From Azolla caroliniana (lineage: Eukaryota > Plantae > Polypodiophyta), in the NCBI GenBank assembly GCA_043228905.1, contig JBHGNT010000005.1, positions 15,314,001 through 15,378,000 of the forward strand: 64,000 bases of DNA. Reading direction: 5' to 3'. The position numbers and the translations under genes are program-made. Every line of letters starts with the position of its first letter. Position 1 is the stretch's first letter. The notes beneath the pieces are model-generated. The model was not told where the DNA came from. It made no database searches and saw nothing but the letters and a program-made list of their open reading frames with translations. Shown one piece after another: positions 1 through 11,195 of this stretch.

Positions 1-7
1 AGGCACG

Positions 8-796
8 TTGTTAACTGGCTCAGCATTAGCATGGTTCGCACCGCTACTAGAAAAGGAATCTCCAGTACTAAATAATTTTGAAGAATTCATAAGTGAGTTT
101 AAAGCATGTTTTGGAGATACTGACAGCATAAGGACTGCAATCAACAAAATCCGGCGATTACGCCAAGGTGACCGTCCAGCCTCCGCATATGCTGCAGATT
201 TCCGCCTACTCGCCGCCGATATCCCCTGGGATGATCAAGCATTGATGGAGCAGTTCCGCTATGGTCTACGCAACGATGTCAAGGATTTACTCTTGACTTT
301 CCCTGAAGAGCCAAAATCATTAACAGAAGCAATCAGTCGAGCGGTCAGATGTGACAACCGCCTCTTCGAGCGACGTTCGGAACGACAATTTCAGATGCCG
401 AGGGCAAGATCCGAGCCTACCTATGCCTCAATGGTAGCGAAACCTTTTCAAAGGGAGTCACATAATGCGCCTCCAGTAAGTACTCCAACTCCAATGGAAA
501 TTGACACTACACGTCGTCGTGGGCCGCTATCGGAGGAGGAAAAGCAACGACGCCGAACAAACCGATTATGCCTTTATTGCGGTGGACCAGGGCATATCGC
601 GATAAACTGTCCCCATAGACCAAGAAGGCAGGTAAACCAAGTCATTGTTAGTTCTGACTATACTAAACCCGAGTCTATGTCAGTAGGAATCTCTGATAAT
701 CCTCATAGTCATAATAGTCCTAATAGTACTAATAGTCCGAATCTCGCAAACAAATTTGATGTCCTTAGCCAATTAGAAGAAGAGTTAAACGACTAA
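8..796 (+). CDS. gag: Gag of element A (N-terminus truncated by window edge)
   Basis: Retrotrans-gag-like helical region, PTPMEID motif and CLYCGGPGHIAINC zinc knuckle; matches C-terminal part of B Gag. Confidence 0.93.
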   Translation: MLTGSALAWFAPLLEKESPVLNNFEEFISEFKACFGDTDSIRTAINKIRRLRQGDRPASAYAADFRLLAADIPWDDQALMEQFRYGLRNDVKDLLLTFPEEPKSLTEAISRAVRCDNRLFERRSERQFQMPRARSEPTYASMVAKPFQRESHNAPPVSTPTPMEIDTTRRRGPLSEEEKQRRRTNRLCLYCGGPGHIAINCPHRPRRQVNQVIVSSDYTKPESMSVGISDNPHSHNSPNSTNSPNLANKFDVLSQLEEELND

Positions 797-3700
797 GTCC
801 AGCCAAAATAGGAGCCGTTTGGTTGGACAGCCCTAGATCTATGCAGCCCATTAGTGGTTCCATTCCCTCTAAGCAAGTTAGTGATGTGTTCGTAGTCCAA
901 GTAGCAGTTAGTACTAAAAGTACCCCTCCAGTACATACCTTAGCCCTTCTAGATTCCGGAGCTAATTCTTGCTTCATGGATAGGAATTTTGCCCGAGCTC
1001 ATCAGATATCTCTAAGAAAGCTCCCATGTCCAGCCTCAGTAGTAGTCATTGATGGTCGTCCCATTGCTTCTGGTAATATCATAGAAGAGTCGGAACCCGT
1101 TAATATTGTCCTAGATAACTTAACATGTGTAGTATCATTTAATATTATTAGTATTCCAGAACATCCCATAGTTTTAGGATTACCATGGTTCGAGTTACAT
1201 GACCCAGACATAGATTGGAGGACAAGGGAAATCCGGTTGCGACAAACCCAAGGATCTACCCAGAAGGTTGCAACCATTTCGCTACGTCAGTTGCGTGAGG
1301 AAGGGCGCAAGGAGGAAATGTTTCTCTTTGCAATATCAGTACAACCCTCCAGCACCACCAAAGAGGAGTCCACCGTTCAACTTCCCGAGAAGTATCGTCA
1401 GTATGCTGATGTGTTCGATAAAGTACAAGCCAACACACTTCCTCATCATCGGCCGTACGACTGCGCCATCGACTTACAACCGGGAAAAGAGCCGCCATGG
1501 GGGCCGATCTACAATTTGTCACCAACCGAGCTAGAAGTCCTTCGAGCCTATATAGAGGAGAATTTGGAGAACGGTTTCATTCGGCATTCGAAATCTCCAG
1601 CCGGCGCACCCATTTTCTTCGTCAAGAAAAAAGATGGCTCGCTTCGACTCGTTGTAGATTACCGTGGCTTGAATAAGGTCACAGTAAGAAATAGGTATGC
1701 TCTTCCCCTTATCTCAAGTCTTTTAGAACGGATCAACGGTGCCAGGTTCTTCACGAAGATCGACTTACGAGGAGCCTATAACCTCGTACGGATCCGACCA
1801 GGAGATGAATGGAAGACCGCGTTTCGCACCAGATATGGGCACTTCGAGTATACGGTCATGCCGTTCGGACTCACTAATGCGCCGGCAGTCTTCCAGCACA
1901 TGGCGAATGATATATTTCGAGACCTCTTGGATGATTTTTTGATCATCTATTTGGATGATCTACTGGTTTATTCAAAGACCCAAGAAGAACATGATTCTCA
2001 TGTACTATTAGTACTAAAACGACTTCGAGAACATGGTCTGTATGCAAAGTTAGAGAAATGTAGTTTCGGGTGCAACCAAGTGGAGTTTCTCGGCTATGTC
2101 ATCTCCTCAGAAGGCATATCTATGGACCCAGCCAAGGTCAAAACGGTGATAGAATGGCACACTCCGCGTTCGGTGCGGGATGTGCAATGCTTCCTAGGCT
2201 TTGCAAATTTCTACCGGAAGTTCATACAAAATTACTCAAAAATTGTGCTGCCTCTCACACAGCTCACCAGGAAGGGACAATCATTCATTTGGTCTAAAGA
2301 GACGGACATGGCTTTCGAGAGTCTTAAGAAGGCATTTACATCAGCTCCAATTTTAGGTCATGTGGATCCGGAAAAACCATTCATTATCGAAGCTGATGCA
2401 TCGGATTTCGCATTGGGGAGCATTCTGTCACAACAGGGTAACGACGAGAAGCTACATCCTGTGGCTTTCCACTCCCGTAAGTTTGACGCCGCCGAAATCA
2501 ACTACGAAATTCATGATAAAGAGCTACTAGCAATAGTTGATTCTTTTATGCAATGGAGGCATTTCCTGGAGGGATCTCCTCATCAGGTCACTGTATTCAG
2601 TGACCACAAGAACCTTGCCTACTTTCAAGATGCTCGTGTACTGAATCGACGTCAAGCTCGGTGGGCCCATTTCCTCACACGCTTCGACTTCAAAATTACA
2701 TATCGTCCGGGGAAGCACCAAGGGAAGGCAGATGCATTATCACGGCGTTCGTATCTAACACCACGTCCCGGTGAGCCAGCTTTCGATAACCAGAAGCAAG
2801 TAATCTTGGGTCCAGCACGACTGCAAGCAGCACAGATCTTTGACATGCCCGTGGATTCCGACATTACCAATACTATACGTGAGGACTTGAAGACTGACGC
2901 TTTCGCCCAAGCTATACTAGCACAAATTGACCCCTCTCGAGCGTCATGTTCACAATCACAATCACCAGGTACGGATTATCGGCAATTCAAATACTGTGAT
3001 GGATTACTCTTCTTTAAAGAACTTTTGTATGTTCCTAATGGTTCTTGCCGCCTTCGAGTAGTACAAAACTGCCATGACACATATACAGCAGGACATTTTG
3101 GTAGTACTAAAACATTAGATTTAGTACAACGATCATTCTGGTGGCCCCGTATGCGACAATTTGTCGAAGATTTTGTTCGGACTTGCGATACATGCTGCAG
3201 AGCGAAAATGCCAAGACATCATCCATATGGTTTATTAGAACCATTACCAATTCCAAGCAAGCCATGGCAATCCATTGCTCTTGACTTCATTACAGATCTT
3301 CCAGTCTCTAAGGGATTTAGTGCGATTCTCACAGTGGTGGATCGATATACGAAGATGGCTCATTTCTTACCATGTACTAAAGAAATATCTAGTGAAGACA
3401 CCGCCGAAATTGTCATGCGGGAAGTATGTCGGCATCATGGACTCCCTGATAATATCATCAGCGATCGTGGACCCCAGTTTGTGTCAAAATTCTGGAAGCA
3501 CCTTTTTAAAATGCTGAAGGTCACTTGTAACCTCTCCTCCGGCTACCACCCACAAACCGACGGTCAAGCCGAACGAACAAATCAAACACTGGAGCAGTAT
3601 CTGCGGTGCTTTCTCAACTATCATCAGAATGACTGGGCAGATATTCTTCCGTTCGCCGAATTTGCCTATAATAACGCTATCCACGCATCGACTAAAGTCA

Positions 3701-4380
3701 CGCCATTCTACGCTTATACGGGATATCATCCCCGGTGGTGTGTCCTTGAAACCCCAGAAGTGTCCACAAATCCTTACGCGGAGGATCGTTTGGAGCGGTT
3801 ACGCAAGATACAAGCGGATTTATCTACTCAACTCCAGCAAGCTCAACAATCACACAAGGACTACGCAGATCGTCATCGACTTCCATCCAGTTTTAACATT
3901 GGAGATCGGGTGTGGCTGCTACGACGACACATCAAGACTACTCGCCCATGTGAGAAGTTGGATTATCGACGATTAGGTCCTTTCCGTATTATCGGGAAGA
4001 TTAATGATGTCGCTTTTCGTCTCGAGCTACCTCCGCAACTTCGGATACACCCGGTGTTTCATAGTTCTCTCCTCGAACCCTATCACGAGAGCACTATCCC
4101 AGGACGTACTATACAACCTCCACCTCCTATCGAGCTCGAAGATGGACCTGAGTATGAGGTCGCTGCCATCCTCGATTCCAAGATTGTTCGCAACAAGCTC
4201 TACTATCTAGTCGATTGGCTAGGATATAGTCCCAGCGAGCGTACTTGGGAACCGATCGAGAATGTGACCAATGCTCGTGCTCTTCTAGAAGACTTCCATC
4301 GACGATATCCCGAGAAACCGGGTCCTCAATCCAAAACGACTCGTGAAACTCGTCGTTTTAAAGGGGGGATAGTGTCATAA
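769..4380 (+). CDS. pol: Pol of element A: protease, RT, RNase H, integrase, chromodomain; probably made by -1 frameshift from gag
   Basis: LLDSGA protease, YLDD RT, EADASDFA RNase H, HHCC plus D-D-E integrase, GPF motif, EYEVAAILDS...YLVDWLGY...TWEP chromodomain. The frame is open from 769, overlapping the gag end; the ORF-track start at 823 is a TTG. Confidence 0.95.
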   Translation, partial: PIRRRVKRLSPAKIGAVWLDSPRSMQPISGSIPSKQVSDVFVVQVAVSTKSTPPVHTLALLDSGANSCFMDRNFARAHQISLRKLPCPASVVVIDGRPIASGNIIEESEPVNIVLDNLTCVVSFNIISIPEHPIVLGLPWFELHDPDIDWRTREIRLRQTQGSTQKVATISLRQLREEGRKEEMFLFAISVQPSSTTKEESTVQLPEKYRQYADVFDKVQANTLPHHRPYDCAIDLQPGKEPPWGPIYNLSPTELEVLRAYIEENLENGFIRHSKSPAGAPIFFVKKKDGSLRLVVDYRGLNKVTVRNRYALPLISSLLERINGARFFTKIDLRGAYNLVRIRPGDEWKTAFRTRYGHFEYTVMPFGLTNAPAVFQHMANDIFRDLLDDFLIIYLDDLLVYSKTQEEHDSHVLLVLKRLREHGLYAKLEKCSFGCNQVEFLGYVISSEGISMDPAKVKTVIEWHTPRSVRDVQCFLGFANFYRKFIQNYSKIVLPLTQLTRKGQSFIWSKETDMAFESLKKAFTSAPILGHVDPEKPFIIEADASDFALGSILSQQGNDEKLHPVAFHSRKFDAAEINYEIHDKELLAIVDSFMQWRHFLEGSPHQVTVFSDHKNLAYFQDARVLNRRQARWAHFLTRFDFKITYRPGKHQGKADALSRRSYLTPRPGEPAFDNQKQVILGPARLQAAQIFDMPVDSDITNTIREDLKTDAFAQAILAQIDPSRASCSQSQSPGTDYRQFKYCDGLLFFKELLYVPNGSCRLRVVQNCHDTYTAGHFGSTKTLDLVQRSFWWPRMRQFVEDFVRTCDTCCRAKMPRHHPYGLLEPLPIPSKPWQSIALDFITDLPVSKGFSAILTVVDRYTKMAHFLPCTKEISSEDTAEIVMREVCRHHGLPDNIISDRGPQFVSKFWKHLFKMLKVTCNLSSGYHPQTDGQAERTNQTLEQYLRCFLNYHQNDWADILPFAEFAYNNAIHASTKVTPFYAYTGYHPRWCVLETPEVSTNPYAEDRLERLRKIQADLSTQLQQAQQSHKDYADRHRLPSSFNIGDRVWLLRRHIKTTRPCEKLDYRRLGPFRIIGKINDVAFRLELPPQLRIHPVFHSSLLEPYHESTIPGRTIQPPPPIELEDGPEYEVAAILDSKIVRNKLYYLVDWLGYSPSERTWEPIENVTNARALLEDFHRRYPEKPGPQSKTTRETRRFKGGIVS

Positions 4381-4662
4381 CTAGACTCGAACCCATAACC
4401 TTTTGTTACACGGGTCGAGACTTTACCATTAGGTTATGAGTTGTAATTTGAAGGATATTATTTTCATTTAGGTTTTATTAGGAAATTGATGTATATTCCA
4501 GATTTCTCTGGAACATTCTAGAAACTTCAGGAGTATTCCTGAAGACACTATAAAAGGAGGCGCAAGGCATTAGTTCGAACCAAATCGGTTCAACGCCAGT
4601 CTTAAGCCTTCTAACTACTGTTGTATATCTTCCGTCATATAATACATATATCTTTCGCATCA

Positions 4663-4726
<64 letters not shown>

Positions 4727-4859
4727 ACTCATTCCTTCTCTCAAAGTTCGACACCTCTCATAGTACTAATCCTTCTCTGTCTTAGTACTATTCCCCAACA
4801 ATAGTACTAATCCTTCTTTTAGTACTAATTCCTTCTCTGCCTTAATAGAGTTCCTGACA
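4373..4859 (+). repeat. 3' LTR of element A
   Basis: TG...CA termini, directly after PPT, TATAAAA at ~4549, (CT)n tract; matches both LTRs of B. Confidence 0.95.
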
Positions 4860-5100
4860 TGGAGTTTCTTAGATACCTCATCCTCTTCGGATCGACTTAA
4901 GCCATTTGGAGGTATACTTATTGGTGCAATGTTAGGTATAATATCTATACGATGGTCTATATTACGTTTAGGAGGTAATCCATGTGGTGGTTCACTCAGA
5001 AAAACATCACGAAAATCATTTAAGATTTCATCGAGTTGTTGGTGTGAGCTGAAACAACATGGGTTGACATAGAGACATAGTTTATTGTTAACATTTTTTC
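4860..5100 (-). pseudogene. Older Gypsy pol fragment (pre-RT region) into which A inserted
   Basis: Minus strand reads QQLDEILNDFRDVFLSEPPHGLPPKRNIDHRIDIIP. Confidence 0.6.
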
Positions 5101-5356
5101 ATGTATAAACTATTTATGCCTCAGTTGAGCCTCGGGGAGCCGCCATGAAAAAATCAATATAGAGATCAGGGAAAAACATTCATTTGTCACCCCCATGGTT
5201 TTTAAAATACCTTTGTGTACCATAGTAACTTGATCTTGAACCTCGTCTAATACGTCTAGACAGGTATTGACGTGAGATGATATGTTTACATCATGACATG
5301 ATGTTATGACTATTCGTCTGACCTTATCCTATTTCTAAGCCATAAATTATCATTCA

Positions 5357-6466
5357 ATGGCTCATAATAACAACCCGATGACATTCACCCAAGCGGAAGG
5401 AATTCAAGGAAATCCTCCTAGGCCAATCCCCATTGAGTCATATTTTTTACAAATACAAAATTTCCTTAATTCTACTTTGCATGAGATTTTCGAACTTCGG
5501 CAATCTCATAGTGCTCTTGAGGCACCTGTCATTAGTATACAACATGATACTAATAGACCCGAGGAGCGTCAAGATGAACCATCGTTTGTCGTAAATCCAT
5601 CTACGAGAGAATAATAGGAAAGAACCGAAGAAGCAATCTGCACATGGTTGGGCCAATGGGAGTCTCATTTTGAGCTCTATCCCAAGCCAGATACTACGAG
5701 GATTGCATATGTTGGTCGAGAACTAGGGGGTAAGGCGCCACCTGGTGGCTGGGCTCCGTAGTACGGGGAAATTGCTCGATACCTGGACAAACTTTGTCAC
5801 TATTTTTTAAGGGTCAATTTTGAACCAAGGCAGCACAAGCTTTGATGAACCTCTCTAGTCGAAAATTTTCCTCGCTAGAAGACTATGTTCACCATGTTAG
5901 AACCCAAATCCAAAAATCAAGTCTTGAAGGGGACAAACAATTAGTTAATAGCTTGTTTTGTCAATGACATCCCCAATTCGGACTATCACTGGATAGTGCA
6001 CGAGAAGGATTCAAAATCCTTTGAAGGGGCCGTTGAAATAGTTCTTCGTTATCAATGCACTTTGAAGGACCATAACAAACCCCAAGACCTCGAGACTAAG
6101 CAGTCACAATTTCCTAGGAAACACAAGACACCCAATAAATTCATGGATCGCGATTGTAAGAGACAAAATCCTTTTTGCGTGTTCTGCAAAAAGAGCAATG
6201 TCAAAAGCTCCAACGAAAAGAGCACGACAACAAAACCAAATTTGCAGACAATAAGGTCATATTCCTGATGTCCTTGAGGTCTATACACATCATTTAAGTA
6301 GTTGTAAATGTTCTTTCCCTCACTATGTATTGGAACCCAATGATTTACTACGTGTAAACGGGTATATCAATGGATCTCCCGTACAATTCTTATTTGATTC
6401 GGGAAGCTCACACAACTTTGTGAATGATTGTTTGCTTCATATATAGGGAATCCAACCCACCGTAAG
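5357..6466 (+). pseudogene. Degenerate Gypsy gag-protease remnant
   Basis: GYINGSPVQFLFDSGSSHNFV aspartic protease motif at ~6360-6425; gag-like fragments upstream. Confidence 0.55.
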
Positions 6467-9400
6467 CAGTGTTGTGCAAAGTCCCAGGAATAGTGTTACC
6501 GTTCTGGTTGGGTTGGGACTTTTGCTGACCAAGATGGGGGACAACCAGAATTGATTCCGGCCAAGTTTTCCTACCAACTAGAATCTAGCCGGTTCATATT
6601 TTTTGAACCGGCTATTTATATAGTTTATGTAAAAAATAAAGGTTAAAAAGAAAAGTTTTTATGTATTCTTCTTGTCTTTCCCCCTTTTTCTGTTTTACTT
6701 TCCCCCTCTTTTTGTTTTTCTCCCTCTCTATCGTTTGATTTCTTGCTCTCTACTCCCGAGTCCCTCCTTGTTGCTCGTTGATCCCTCCTCGTTGCTTGCT
6801 GCTCACTGCTCCCTCCTCGTTGCTTGTTCTTCCTTACTACTTCCTTGTTGTTCGCTAGCAATTGCTTGTTATTCGTTGCTCATTACTCGCTAACGCTCCT
6901 CACTACTCACTGTTCATTGCACATTGCCCACTGCTCGTTGCTTATTAGTATTTACTCACTGATTGTTGCTCCTTCCTCGTTGATTGCCGCTCGTCACTCA
7001 GTGATTGCCGCTCGTTGATTGCCACTCGTCACTCACCGATTGCCGCTCGCCACCTGTTGATTGTCGCTTGTCGCTCATCACTCATCATTCGTTACTCGTC
7101 GCTCACCACTCATTGATTCCCCCACGTTACTTGCCGCTCAAGAGGGATTGTTCATTGCTCATCACTCGCTGCTCTCTATTGCGGGGTGAGTGCACATTTT
7201 TAAGTATTAGGGTCTTGTACCTTCTCATTTCCTTGTTTATTTTCCTTCTAGATTGTATGTTTTTACTCTAGAATATTCATATTAATAAGTGTCGTCTTCA
7301 TGTACGTAGTTTGATGACAATAAGACCTTAAGACCATTCATAAAATGTAACAATAATGAAGAGATTCCTTTTGCAATACATTGCAATGTAGGCTTTCAAT
7401 AAAACATTCATGTATGACATTTTCAATTATCAAGTGATTTGATCACTTCTTAAACATCTCTTGAACATTGTAAGGCAACGATGTGGGAACATTGCAAAGT
7501 ATGTGCATTGGAGAAGAGGGTTGAATCTTCACACTTCTTTTTAGTGGGTGAACATGAAGTTGTGAATATGTAAGGGAACTAGGTGTGGAAAGAGATTTGC
7601 GCTTCTTCATCATCATCATCAAGGGGTTACTATGATAAATAAATTAGACGAATCTGAAATACTATTTACTTATTACAATATAACTAGATGAATCGACAAA
7701 TTTGAGATGAGAATCAACATGTCTTTCAAACACATGTAGTGGAGGATAGGTTGAAAATTGGGAGGGAATTATGCACAACAAATTATCTTAGCACAAAAAA
7801 AGCACACAAAGATAATGAGAATAGACAAGAATAAATCACAAGGAGGCATGTATATTTCATGATTACATTGCATTTGTATTGTCATCTTGTTTTAATATAT
7901 ACACCACTTTTGTAAAATGTGAAGTTGAGGGCTGATTTTGGTACCTAGTAGAGAATGCTACAACTTTGAAAAGGATCATTGAAAGTCTCTTATTTTATAT
8001 TTTAAATGTGCATATTTTATAGCTAAAGAGGATTTGGCATTTAGAAAATTGGAAAGCCTCTTACGATTGTTAAGAGAATGTGGTGTGGAAGGCCTTCCAC
8101 AAATGTATAACGATAATAATGCTTGTGCAAGCTTTACCTTGCACATTAGCAAGGCTCTTGAAGCCGAGATATATGATAGGGTGAGCACAAGTCCTTGGTT
8201 TCGCTTATGGTAGATGAAGCTATCGATGTAAGCGTAACCAAGAACTTGATCCTTTACGCCACATTTGTGGAAGGAAGGCAAGTAAGAACCTCTTATTTGG
8301 GGGTACTTGAAGTAGAGGATGGTACAACGAATGTAATAACAAAAAACATTTTAGCATTGTTAAAAAAGTGGAACCTAGACGTTAGAAAAATGATGGGATT
8401 TAGAAGTGATGGAGCATCTGTTATGGTAGGTATGTCTACAGGTGTTGCTACAAGATTGAAGTCATATAATCCATTTATGACTTCCTTACATTGTTGTGCA
8501 CATCAAACAAACTTGTGTGTGCAAGAGGCTTCAAAGTACATTGAAGTCAAAGAGACATACAAGCAGTTAGATGCCCTTGTGAATCGGGTGGCTACACATT
8601 TCTCGAGGAGCTCAATGCGCCAAGGTGAATTAACTAAGATACAAGATGCATTAGAATACACACATTTGCATATTCTTGGGATTGTGAAGACACGATGGCT
8701 TAGTCGGCATGGTGCTATCATGAGGGTATGCGATGTGTATGAACCCTTTGATGAAGACTTTGCATCGCAAAGTGATGCGTACAATGTATTCTTAAGCTTA
8801 AGAAACTTCAAAGTAGTGTATATGCTTCATTTCCTTGTAGATGTACTTAAGATCATGTCTACGTTAAGTATGGAATTCCAAAAGGAATATGTGGATGTGA
8901 CATGCATTTCGAGATTTGGTTATGATAGCCATTGGGGAGATAGAAGAACAATTTCTACATCATGTTATGATGGATCTCAATGGTTTTGAGAAGAATAGCT
9001 ATAATTATCCAATTATTCCAAAATATGGTAGAGAAAAAGGAATGCTTTCAGTTTTACGAGATGCCATAAAAGGTAATATGTATAAAAGCATCCTCATGGA
9101 TAGATGTATTGATGGTGAGGACTTAATTGAAGCCATACAATTCCAAACTTTGTTTCTAAGGCATTAATAGAGACAATAAGAAAAAGGCTTCAAGATCTGG
9201 CGACTCTTTCCGTGTTGAAAATGTTATCACCAATGAACATGTCTATGGATCTATAAGCATTTTAGCACAAAAAACTATGGGTCTTAATGAGTTGAAAACA
9301 CTTGGAAATTTTTATGGCATTCAAAAATTGATAGATGGGAAAATGTTTTCTCCCATAATTGATCATGATAAACTGTATGATGAATATGCAATTTTCAAAA

Positions 9401-9950
9401 GGCACGCCACTACAGAATGGCTTGGAAGAGATTTCTTAGATGTTTGGGGTATGATAAATTGTAATGATGTGTGGAAAGAAAAGCTACCCGAACTTCTAAT
9501 GCTTTCATTGATAAGATTAATTCAATGTTCTTCTACGGCAGCATGCGAGAGAGGCTTTAGTCGCCTAAATCTAATAAAAAATAAGTTTAGAAATAGGTTA
9601 AAAAGCAATGTGGTTGATGCATTGATACAAATCTCTATTGAAGGACTTGAACTAGACGAACATGAATTTAGTGCCAGCATTTTGTTGTGGCGAGAAAGCA
9701 AGGCATATCGTCATATTTTTACTCGAACTTCTCATGAGCATGATGATGTCATCGAGGACTTCATAGAAAATATAGATTGAAACTTTATAAATTTGATTGT
9801 TTTTGTTTTGGAACTTTCTATATATTATATCTAAATTTGATCTAATATGTTGTTAATGCTAGTTTACAAAGTTTTGAAAAGTGAAATTTGTTTAAAAAGT
9901 AATAAAAAAATGGCAAATATATATCTTTAGTTTTTGGGATCCAAAATTTT
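6467..9950 (+). mobile_element. Degenerate hAT DNA transposon, 3' end not found
   Basis: Starts CAGTGTT where the Gypsy protease breaks off; subterminal short repeats ~6770-7180; transposase pseudogene inside. Confidence 0.7.
7960..9780 (+). pseudogene. hAT transposase (ZNF862/DUF4371-like), frameshifted
   Basis: LMVDEAID, SDGASVM, HCCAH, TRWLSR and STAACERGFSRLN motifs spread over ORFs 8195-8989, 8916-9167 and 9277-9780. Confidence 0.85.
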
Positions 9951-9974
9951 GTGATTGATTTGATTTGGTATTGC

Positions 9975-10235
9975 GCTAGATTGTTTTGGACACAAGTTTT
10001 TAAGAAGTTAGAAACTACATTGAGCCTGAGCTCCATGGATCATCCTCAATCTGATGGACAGACAGAACGAGTAAATCAAATTATTGAGGACATGTTTCGA
10101 GCATACGTTGGTGGAAAACCAACAAAATGGGAATGTTATCTCTCAATTTTGGAGTTTGCTTATAACAGCTCCAAGCATACGTCGACGGGATATAGTCCTT
10201 TTATGTTGATGTATGGTTTTCAGCCACGAGAAATC
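9975..10235 (+). pseudogene. Gypsy integrase core fragment
   Basis: HPQSDGQTERVNQ...LEFAYNSSKHTSTGYSPFMLMYG. Confidence 0.8.
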
Positions 10236-10250
10236 ACATAATAAAAACTA

Positions 10251-10563
10251 GAGAAAAGTACTAGGATACCCTTGAAAGTTCGTCTATTTACTAGAATGCC
10301 CCTGGAAGTTCCAAATTTACCAAACTACCTTTATGTTCAAAAAATTACACTTTATAAAGTAATTATACACTCAAATCTTTGGTAAATAGGGCTAGTTCGG
10401 GTCCATTTCTTCCATCTTTGGTAAATAGGGCTTGTAGATTTGAGTGTATAATTACTTTATAAAGTGTAATTTTTTGGACATAGGGGTAGTTTGGTAAATT
10501 TGGAACTTCCAGGGGCATTCTGGTAAATAGATGAGCTTCCAGGGGTATCCTGGTACTTTTCCC
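10251..10563. mobile_element. Mutator-like MITE
   Basis: ~128-bp terminal inverted repeats (10251-10378 / 10436-10563); 9-bp TSD TAAAAACTA at 10242-10250 and 10564-10572. Confidence 0.85.
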
Positions 10564-10679
10564 TAAAAACTAATATATATACATATTTATGTTTATGACA
10601 TGTATACAATTAAATACGTATACACGTGATTACAATATGCATATATTAAAAAACTTATAACATCACATAGCCAATGAAT

Positions 10680-10945
10680 GATGTAATCGAGGCATATAGC
10701 CTCTACGCACACGAGACATCCAAAATAAAGGTGAACATAATACGTAATTGAGGTATTGACCTCTTATGAATACAACACAAATTGCATATCATTTACACAG
10801 AAATCAAGATATTGACCTCATACGCATATGTAACATATGTTTGTGAGCATACCACGCAATTGAGGTATTAACCTCGTACGCATATAACACAAATCACATA
10901 TCAAATATATTTCAAATGAGGTATTGATCTCATACTCATATGTAT
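10680..10945. repeat. Five degenerate ~56-bp units with core GAGGTATTGACCTC
   Basis: Core or variants at ~10689, 10750, 10806, 10862 and 10918. Confidence 0.6.
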
Positions 10946-11183
10946 ACGTTTTATATAAACAATTATTATCACTACAACATAATTGAATCAATGAAAAAAA
11001 TTATATATTGACTATACATGATTAGATTGAAAGAAGAAAGAATAGAAAGAAAATATATCAAGAAAGAGTTACCGAAGTTCCTTTGTTGATAGTTATCTGT
11101 ATCAAGTTTGATCGCACATCGATCGATCACCATCCATCAAGAAGAAAACAAAAACAATCAACAAAAGAAACATTAGAATGAAA

Positions 11184-11195
11184 GCTCTAATACCA
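11184..11195 (-). promoter_or_regulatory. tRNA-iMet-like PBS next to an LTR edge at 11198
   Basis: Minus strand ...AACA CT TGGTATTAGAGC, one mismatch to TGGTATCAGAGC. Confidence 0.55.

Larger units (their letters stand above)
1..4859 (+). mobile_element. Ty3/Gypsy chromovirus LTR retrotransposon, copy A (5' end outside window; Tcn1/Tf1-like)
   Basis: gag with CCHC knuckle, then PR-RT-RH-INT-chromodomain, PPT AAAGGGGGGATAG, and 3' LTR TGTCA...TGACA 4373-4859; near-identical to copy B. Confidence 0.95.

Noticed and set aside
10680-10945. CRISPR-like appearance (palindromic repeats with spacers)
   Set aside because: Eukaryotic context, no cas genes, degenerate repeats and spacers related to one another
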